Of a stretch of DNA of 64,000 bases, positions 11,109 to 19,891 are shown in pieces. Source of the stretch: Epiperipatus broadwayi. Taxonomy: Eukaryota; Animalia; Onychophora. A program made the translations under genes and the position numbers. The notes under the pieces were generated by a model, which searched no databases, had not been told where the DNA came from, and saw only the letters and a list, made by a program, of their open reading frames with translations. Position 1 is the stretch's first letter; every line of letters begins with the position of its first letter. The DNA is taken from assembly GCA_028023455.1 (NCBI GenBank), contig JAQFVV010000007.1, forward strand, positions 18,228,001 through 18,292,000. The letters run 5' to 3'.

Positions 11109-13714
11109 TTACATGTAGTTTAAGTATATATATATGCTTGTATTTAAAATATTAAAATGTTTAAATAATTGTATATTTATTTTAGGTATGAGTAATAATA
11201 GATTTACACATGAGTAATACCTAATTATAAGAGCTTCGTAGTTTAGTCATCCGCCACTATGCCCAAGATCTCAGATTTGAGCTAAGTGAACTTTGAAAGT
11301 CTACCTATAACCAGTTCAATTAGCTAAACAGTTTGTTGATCAGTGAATGAGTTTCTAGTTAAATAGATGAGGGTAAATAATTCTAAATAATCAGGGCTGG
11401 TCAGTGACGCGTCGATAGTAAAAAAAATATTATTGTAATATGATGGTTACCATCACCTCTAATTGAAAAGGTGTCGTACATATATGGGCGATGATCCTAT
11501 AATTTATGTTTTGCTTTTAATGTTGCCAATAATACAAATGTTGTTTTGAGTTATAAAACTTTCTTTTTAAAGAAAAGTGCGTTCTGTTTAAATACAATAA
11601 AACTAAAAAAATGTTTTTCTTTTTTGACATGCCCTGATTTTATTAGACAGTTAATATAAGAATCATTTACGCTGGAAAGTTGCAGAATTCATCTCTCTGT
11701 TTATACAACTATTTATTATATATGTATTTATTTTAGCCAAAGCTTCAGTTTGAAAATTTAATTATTTCCAAAATCGCTTTCGGTTGAACGTAATCAAAAT
11801 TTTAAATGAGGTTGTCGGCCGCTTTGTTTTAAAAAAATTTTTTAAAGCGCCATTAAACTTTCAACCGCTCATCTAATCTCCCCGAGGCTAATTACTCAAA
11901 ATCTCTGGAACTAGTTCTTATGACCTGTTTGAAACTTTCATTTGCCGCAGACGAGGTGACGGAAAAGCATAAGGTGAAATGGTTGTGACCTTCTGTTTGT
12001 CATACTGTCGTCAGTTAGGAAAAAAAAATATAGTACAGTAGCTTATGCTTTAAGGTGCGCGGAGTAATACTATAAGTTTTAAAAATGAAATACGCTGTTA
12101 ACATTTAATTTTATATGTATCGAGAATCTATCTCGTGTGTTTGTACGTGCGCGCGTACGGTATTTCTGTAATTATGGTATATTTTAATGCGGTTTTATAA
12201 AAAAAAAAAAAGTTGAAGAAGAACAAACACTTAATGCTATTATTCTTATATACAATGTATATTATTACTGAAAAAATTTGTAGTTTACAGCAACAATAAC
12301 TAGTTTTGAACAAAAGAAACCGTCCTTATAAGTGACTGGCGGCTATATGATTAGAAAAAGTTTAACTGAATGATAAACTTGAGCGTTTAAATTATTTTTT
12401 TATTTCAAGTATTAATTTGTTACCGTAGTTTTATTTTATTATTGATAACTTGCAATCTTTTAATTTTTTTTAACCATATTATTATTATTAATTTGGTGCC
12501 TTGTTTGATTTAACGCAGTGGCATATTGGCGCACTGATGTACAAAGTCCGTGGATCACGGCATAACTTTATTAATCGAAGTATTCAAATTTGTGATAAGC
12601 TACCCGAGTAATAAACAGTATATTTGATTACTAATTTTGCAACTGAAGAATTTAAGTTTTACTTATAATCAAAGATTTTCAGTGTAGTACTTCAGTGATT
12701 CTCCGAAAGGTATTTTGGAGAGGCCTTCGAATGAGTTTATTGCTCGGGAATTCATACAAAGTTTGAGCAAGGAACGTGTCAGGCTGACCTGTAATTCATG
12801 GGCATTGATTTGCAAAGTCTTCCACTACTATGACACTAAACCACGCACATCACATCTTATATTAGAATTTATATTTACGCTATACATCGTAGATACATTT
12901 AGTTTTTACACAGTAGAAACATGTTTACTAATCGGTACTTAAACGCATCTATGCATTTTAAACTATTTTAATTTTTGGCAATTATTGTATTCTCTTTTGT
13001 TTTTTTATGTTAATAATAATTTTTAAATTCAGAACATAAAACAATTGAGTTATTCGGTTAATAGCTTTAAGCACATTATAGGGTTTATATTTTTTAAAAA
13101 GATTGACCTTTAAAAGGAAAACGTTGCTTAAATAAGTTTTAACCATTGGCCTAATATGTTAAAAGGTAATTTACTGAATAATATTTATTTTAATTTTACA
13201 GAAGTGATTAATTTTCTACACAAATTGAGATAATTGTATGTAAAGTATGATATAAATAGTAGATCGAGGTCATATAACAATTTAATATCAATAGAGGGTA
13301 CATTAGTTATCGAAATTTCTTTTTCCTGTTTATCGGGGATATATATAACTCAGCTGTTATAAATGGACATTATATAATTAAATGTAGCATTCCAGATTAT
13401 ATAATTGTATAATTTAGTTATTATCTATACACTTTGAAAAATATATTTAATGATCAAATAACTAATTACTTGTTATATTCACTGATTAATAATTCTATTT
13501 TGAATATGTGTTATCTTGTAATTATGGTTTTTTTTTAAGAGTGAAGTTTTATAACCATATCAGTAGAATACTGCACTTTTTAATAATTAGCTATTAATGA
13601 TTTTAATCCGTTCTTTAAATGTATTTTGTATTTAAATTATAAAAAAAAAAAGATCTCATAGCTGGTAGTGATAAAAAAGTAAGTTATTGAATAAATAATA
13701 TTTTTGTAGTATAA

Positions 13715-14440
13715 TTGTCACTACACCACTCGACTGGTTTCTATTTAATTTTAACACCTAGTGGAGGATGTAATCATAAACATATTACCAAAGCCATGTG
13801 AAAATATCTATGATCCCCAAGATGTATATTTTGTGTCAGTTGGCTCAGACTTCAAGCTCTTACACATATCTTTATTACTGTTCAGTATATATATATACAA
13901 ACCATTATACAATTACAAATATCCAGTAACGCCCTCTGTTTAAAGATCTATATCTCAATAATAGCAAACCTTAAAATGATCTGCTATTATTGAGATATAG
14001 ATCTTTAAACAGAGGGCGTTACTGGATATTTGTAATTGTATAATGGTTTGTATATTTTCTATAATTATTTCAATTAGTGTTAACAGTAACTTTCTTTTCA
14101 TATATATATAGCAAATTACTACAGTTTATTTGATGTCAAACCTGCTGTCCTCACAACTTTGACACAAATCACTTAATGAAAGAATATTAACAATTTTTAT
14201 TAGTCATTCATTGGACTAGAAATTATCCAATAATGAATAATATTTCTGTAGTGTAATTTTCACTACACCTCTTTCACACAATGTAGGAACTGGTTTCTAT
14301 CCACTTTTAACACTTTGTAGAGGAATGAAATCATAAACATATGACCAAAGACGTGAAAAAAATATATGATTCCCAAGATACACCATTTGTGCTAAACCAG
14401 CACTCATCAGTTGGCCCAGACCACAATCTCTTACACATAT
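13715..14440 (-). repeat. Tandem HHR-A2 monomers (about 350-365 nt after removing an insertion)
   Basis: ACTGGTTTCTAT anchors at 13733 and 14289. The hammerhead core is deleted at about 13830 and degenerate at 14368-14430 (CTGATGA-GTGCTGGTTTAGCAC-AAA). Confidence 0.75.
13893..14055. repeat. Perfect 74-bp inverted repeat with 15-nt spacer (MITE or fold-back)
   Basis: 13893-13966 is the exact reverse complement of 13982-14055; spacer AACCTTAAAATGATC. It lies in the TA tract of an HHR-A2 monomer. Confidence 0.95.
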
Positions 14441-14944
14441 TCAATTTTTGGCAGAAGCTTTCAGTTATGTTTTCACACCCCTCCTAATTCCAGTAGATTA
14501 ATTAACAACACAAAGGACCAATTAATGCCCTCTCAAACACCGCAAGCAGTCTATAATATTATATGCCCTCACAGGAATTGCAAATCTTCATATTATGGGG
14601 AGACCAAGGCATCATTAGAAACTAGACTGCCCCAGCACAAATACTTATATACCAAGGCACAATCAAATTCCGTATATAATTCCATCTTCATGCAGCACCA
14701 AAAAAATGTGGGACATCCATGTGAACTGCAGACAATCAGCTTGGTTTGCAGGGAAGCAAATGATGTAAAACGCAAAGTGAAAGAAGCCTGCTATATCACA
14801 ATGGACTGCAGTGCCATCAACCAAAAGAATCATGTTACTCTGTATCCAAGAAATGGAATGCTTAAAAGTTGCATATATTTGCATATAATTAAACTAACAG
14901 CCATAATAAATAAGAGCTATGAATATGAAAGCCATGTCTCTTGA
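14440..14944 (+). mobile_element. Penelope-like retroelement 3' fragment, GIY-YIG (Uri) endonuclease domain
   Basis: KDQLMPSQTPQAVYNIICPHRNCKSSYYGETKASLETRLPQH...H...GH...REANDVKRKVKEACYI fits the Penelope VY-x-I-x-C...YIGET...R...EH pattern. The fragment is flanked by TTACACAT at 14431 and 14974. Confidence 0.85.
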
Positions 14945-15047
14945 AAGTGCTCAGTGTATGATTTAATAAAATATTACACATCTTTAGCTTTGCAGTTATT
15001 GCATTTTTAGCGCTATATTGATTTACCATAGTTCAATATATATATAT

Positions 15048-17319
15048 TATACCGGCTGCCCCGCTCTTCCCTTGCACCGTTTCCCTAAAAGGGATTGTGG
15101 GCTCCAAAACAAACATGATACAGCATAAAGATTTATTTATTTTTTCTTATATCAATAGTTGTTCATTATCAACACAAGAGGGCGCCAGATACGATGATTT
15201 GATTCATAATTTAATTTCTCGCATCACCTTACGTCATATCAAAACGATTTTGAAGTCTAATCCCTGCCCATAAGCTCAAACTCCCAGCATGGACCAATAG
15301 GGGTCACTCAGGGTCGCGATATGATGGCCTTCAAGACTATTATTCTGGCAAATGACACAATATTAACCAATGGATAAGAAGATCGGTTGATTGACATATC
15401 GGTCCAAGCATTGGACGGGATCATTGGTTATTTATAACTAATACGAATGTTCGGTTGAGGCATCATTAGAATAAACAACTAGACGCTTATAACATCATCC
15501 CCCTTTATCATACAATCCAATAGAATTATTTATACTAGCTCTATTGACATTTACTTATATTTATTAATAATAGGCCCTCCCAACTCTTAAACCTATGTTA
15601 ACTACATAATAAGTAAACATCGTGACTTACGGCACGATGTTTATGAATGAAATTTAAAAGAGATAAAAAAAAAAAAAAAATATAAGAAAGACAAATTTAA
15701 AAGTAAAATAATTAATTGCATGAATAAATGCTAACAATAATAATAACTTCAAAAAAAATATATATATATTTAATTATAGAAAATGATTTGAGGAATGCTC
15801 GACTAGTTTAAATCAAAAAAAAAAATTTATTGATTATAAAAAAATGAAACATTGATTAATAGCTTTATTTGCACGCACATACGCGCATTCTCGCACTCGC
15901 ACAGAAAAGAACATATTATGCATAATAAACATGGCTGATAAAATATATTTCCTCTTTTACATTTTGAAAGTAGGTGTGTGTTATAATTTATCTGCGAAAG
16001 AAAATAATAATTAGGATCAAAGTTCATAACTGGAAAAGTCCTAAGATTTAAATATGATGGACTATGTAGCATCTGATATTTTTATTTATGAAAGTTGAGA
16101 TTAAAATAATAAGATTTAATATATGAGAGATTACGGATCATTTTATATTTGTTTTACGAAAGGTCAAATTTAATTAATTATGAGATTGCCTTTTAAATTT
16201 ACGTAAAGAATGAATGGAAGTATTATAAAAAAAAATGTTTACCTAGGATTTTGCTTAGTCTTCTGCTGCTTCTAATTTGGTGAGGGTTCGAACCTGAGGG
16301 ATGATGTTTCCATAATACATGGTTATTCATTTCACATAAGTTCAGCGTAGTATGTTTGGACGATTCTTGTATATTAAACGGAACAGCGTCCTTAGACTGA
16401 TTGGAGCACTATGTTCGGACGGTATTGTTGTTGATCATTCATAGCTGTGGAGATGTTCTGGCGGCGGAGCGTCGATCAATCACTGAAGGGTTTTCTAGCC
16501 CATCATGACGATCGACGCTCTAAATGTTAATTTCACAGTGATCATATTGGATAAACCGGATAGCAAAAAAAAAAGAAAAGTTCTAGTTGTAGCTTCCGGA
16601 GGAATTTAAAAAAACTATAAGCATAAGCAAAACAAAACAAAGAATGTAAAAAGACCTTTTCTTTAGATTTAGATTCATATTTATATGGGTTGGTTATTAT
16701 CTGAGGATCGAATCTCCACCCAGAGTTCAATATTCTTTGAGTTGTCGTTGGGGTCCGTGTCCTACGTAATGTCCACTCAATCCATATGCTTGAGGCAATC
16801 TTAGGTTTATGCAATCTCATATTACAATCTCAGTTAGAAAAATTCATACTTATTCACACCTTTTATGCATACATGTGTGCGTGTTTTAAGAGAACAATTT
16901 AACTTACATTAGTTTAAAAGTCGAGCATTTAATCTGTCTCCAAATCACTTCTATAAGCTTTTAACTTTCACTACAGTTATAATCTAAAACAAAACCCTTT
17001 TTAATTACCCCCACGGCATATACAAGGAGAAATCACTTATTGAGATTTAAAATGGCATATTAGTAGTATTTTATATTTTACTTTTTCTTTCTTTTTAGAG
17101 AATATTATTATAATAGGTTGTATGAAAGCCTTAATTATTTAATCAGAAATATTAGCATTTTATTTTACAGTGTATTTTATAACGCATTGAAAGAAAACTA
17201 CATTTATTTTTTATTATTTTTTTTATCATAAGTTGAAAGTGAAAGAAGAGAAAAAATATAGCATGTTTACATTGCTCGTGTGTGTGCGTATATACCTGTA
17301 CCGACTTTGTCTCGGTACA
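15048..17319 (-). repeat. 3' LTR (2272 bp)
   Basis: Direct repeat of 19892-22162, roughly 98-99% identical by eye, mostly transitions. Minus-strand termini TGTACCG...CGGTATA. Confidence 0.92.
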
Positions 17320-17334
17320 TATCCCCGCGATCCG
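17320..17334 (-). promoter_or_regulatory. Candidate polypurine tract (plus-strand primer)
   Basis: Minus strand CGGATCGCGGGGATA directly abuts the 3' LTR start TGTACC. It is short and imperfect. Confidence 0.45.
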
Positions 17335-18314
17335 TCTAAAATTAAAATGAGAGGCTTGGCATTTTAATTTTCACCATAAAATTCCTTATTTTTGACCCCG
17401 CTTCGTGTGATTTTTAATCATTTATTTTAGCCGACTATCCTACAGTTCAACTCCCCCTCATATAAAGAAACGAAGTGGCAGGTCATGTGGTCAGGCTCGG
17501 ATTGACACTTGACGTTTGCGAACTAAACTCAAAAAAAAAAATTCTTCTCTTCTTTTTTTTTTCCTCCTTTTTTTTTCTTTACGAAGAGCGGGCGTGCCAT
17601 AATTGGAGATATCTTGCCCAGTCTGGTACAGGCACCCCGGGTGGAAGGTTGGCATGGGGATGGACCTTTCCGAAGTCCCGCGATGCAAGGTTACGAACAT
17701 ATAGGCATTCTCTTACGGTCTATCTAATGGAAGGCAGGAGGATGGTCATTTCCGAAGTCCCCTCTGCAAAATACGACAACATTTACGAGGTAGCGAATAA
17801 TCTGAGTTATAGAACCATAAGCATTCAAAATATCCGAGCTCTGTACCTCCTAGCACAATAGGAAATATTGAGGGAAGGAACAATAATAGCGCACTCTCGT
17901 GATCCGGCTTTTCTTTCTTTCTTTAGGCGGCATCCGCTTCCTTTCTCCGCGTGTTTTCGAGCAACATATATTTTAGTCGAAGGCGGCGACGTTCTCTTCT
18001 TTAACTTATTTACCTCGAATAGTTTTCTTTAGAAGAGTTATGACATTTATTCCTTTTCTTTCTTTAAATTATATTTTTTTTTTCTTTTTTTTTTTTTTTT
18101 CGTGTTTAGTTATCTGCGGTCTGCTTTGGTTTAAAATAATGTTTTATCAACCCCCCTTCCCCCCTTGTTATTGTATGATGCGATGCGATGTGTAAGTCCT
18201 TTCTGGTCCGAGGTCATTTTCCTTCAGTTACCGTTGTTTTATAAAGCGTGCTCCGGTAATCGTATTCCTGTGGCAAATCCGTGTTCGTCAACGTGTTTTT
18301 AGACTAATTTTTCA

Positions 18315-19511
18315 TCAGTATCGATCTGGTGGTAGCTTTCTTCTATATGGTTCATGTCCCGGCCTCTCTATATGCCTTTCCCGTCCTTCCGCTCGCTCGA
18401 ACTTGGCTATGGCATCCCCCATCTTGTGGATGCCCCCGTCATCCCTGCTTAGCATCATCTGCCTGATGTCTGTTGGCATGTTGTGTCTAATGGTCGAGAT
18501 GATTTGCTCCTCCATCATGTGATACGCTGGTAGCTGCTGGAGGCCGGCCACCTGCCTGTAATAGAACTGCGTTATCGTCTCGTTAGGTTTGAGCCCGTAT
18601 TTTTCATTGGTGATGTGAAAGTAGATCCCCTCTTGTCTGGTAGCATTCCAAAAGCTTCGTAGGATCTCTTCTCGATATTCTACGAACGATCTGGGCTTAA
18701 ACTCGATCGTTCGCCACCAATCTCTAGCTGGCCCTTGCAGGTATGTGCTGGCAATATTGATTTTGTCTGGCTCCGGCTTTGAGGGCTCAGAAAACAGGTT
18801 CTGGGCGCTCTCCACGTGGTCCATCGGACTCTCGTTTTCACCTGCCCTGAAGATCTCAATTTTTATTTGCCTTTCGGCCCACGACTGGCTCGGTTCCCGC
18901 AGGTTTATTCTCAGTTCAAATTTCTTTTCCAACTCCTCCAGACGTTTGGCCATAATTTCTCTCGGTACGTTTTGTTGTGGCTCGATTCCTTCTACCTTTC
19001 TATTTATCGCGTCCACCTTTTGTCTTACGTCTTCCAACTCTGCCTTTGCTGTTATCACTTCAGTCTTCGTTTCTTCTATTTCGGCTTTTGCTGCACCGAT
19101 CTCTATTTTTATTGAGGTAATCTCCGTCTTTACTTCGTCAATCTTTATTTCTTCCTCTTTGCTCTGGTCCTCCTCTGACTCTCCTGTGTTTCCCTTCAAT
19201 AATTTTCGTATCTCCCTAATGAATTCCCCTCTCTCCTCCTTTCTCTCTTTCCTTCTTTCTTCTTCTCTGTCCTCTTCTCTCTTCCTTCTTTCTTCTTCTC
19301 TGTCCTCTTCCCTTTTCCTTCTTTCTTCTTCTCTGTACTCTTCTCTCTTCCTTCTTTCTTCCCTATCTTCCCTCATCTCTATCATCATTTGGCTCATCAT
19401 TTTAAGAAGCATTTTTATTTCTGATTCAGCCTCTTCTTTAACATCTATCTTTTTGAACGTTATAGGGCTCTCCCCTGTCTCCTCCCACGCAGTATCGTTA
19501 TTGCTGTCCAT
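18315..19511 (-). CDS. gag: Gag, 398 aa: N-terminal E/R/K helix and coiled coil, then a retrotransposon (Arc-like) capsid domain; no CCHC knuckle
   Basis: Intact ORF ending in two consecutive TGA codons. KINIASTYLQGPARDWW...FVEYREEILRSFW...ETITQFYYR resembles the Ty3/Gypsy capsid major homology region. Confidence 0.88.
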   Translation of the reverse strand: MDSNNDTAWEETGESPITFKKIDVKEEAESEIKMLLKMMSQMMIEMREDREERRKREEYREEERRKREEDREEERRKREEDREEERRKERKEERGEFIREIRKLLKGNTGESEEDQSKEEEIKIDEVKTEITSIKIEIGAAKAEIEETKTEVITAKAELEDVRQKVDAINRKVEGIEPQQNVPREIMAKRLEELEKKFELRINLREPSQSWAERQIKIEIFRAGENESPMDHVESAQNLFSEPSKPEPDKINIASTYLQGPARDWWRTIEFKPRSFVEYREEILRSFWNATRQEGIYFHITNEKYGLKPNETITQFYYRQVAGLQQLPAYHMMEEQIISTIRHNMPTDIRQMMLSRDDGGIHKMGDAIAKFERAEGRERHIERPGHEPYRRKLPPDRY

Positions 19512-19867
19512 TTATGATTTTAAAAAAAAATTTTTTTCTTTTTTTTTCCCTTTTTTTCTTTTTTATGATAAGAAGTGATTAATCGACGTCCGCGCCCCCA
19601 TCTCCCGCTATGTTTTTTTTTTTTTATTTATTTCGTTCCGGCTCCAAGTGTTTTATTAAAAGATTTGCGATATTGTGAATCGCTGTATTTTGTTCCGTTT
19701 GTTATTTTCCTTTTCTCCCTTTTCCTTCCCTTTCTATTCGTCCAAACTTTCGTTTACGTGAAAAAAAAAAAATTTCCCTCCTCTTTTCAGTTTTGCGTCT
19801 TTCACGAGGTTCGGCCGCTTTTGGCTAATGTCTTGATTTGCTTCTCTCCGAAACATTATTTATATTA

Positions 19868-19888
19868 GCCTCACGTTTGGAAGCGCCA
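19868..19888 (-). promoter_or_regulatory. Primer-binding site, tRNA-Lys-like
   Basis: Minus strand TGGCGCTTCCAAACGTGAGGC, 3 nt after the 5' LTR. It resembles the complement of the tRNA-Lys(CUU) 3' end (TGGCGCCCAACGTGGGGC) with small insertions. Confidence 0.7.
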
Positions 19889-19891
19889 TTT

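Noticed and set aside
12715-12942. 75-aa ORF MERPSNEFIAREF...
   Set aside because: Starts at TTG, has no compatible splice sites, and resembles no protein I recognise.
16467-16520. SECIS-like pattern on the minus strand (ATGA...AAAA...TGAT)
   Set aside because: Only 8 nt separate ATGA from the AA loop, shorter than the 11-13 nt helix II of a SECIS, and no selenoprotein is evident.
15827-16820. ORFs inside the LTRs (81 aa and 92/100 aa, duplicated at 20667-21662)
   Set aside because: They run through homopolymer tracts, the 92/100-aa pair differs in frame between LTRs, and no domain is recognisable.
17475-17861. 128-aa ORF and a WHGDGPF peptide resembling an integrase GPF motif
   Set aside because: Antisense to gag, crosses a poly-T tract, and lacks any other integrase motif.
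18745-19578. 277-aa + strand ORF
   Set aside because: Antisense shadow of the purine-rich gag; low-complexity Ser/Leu/Phe sequence with no independent support.
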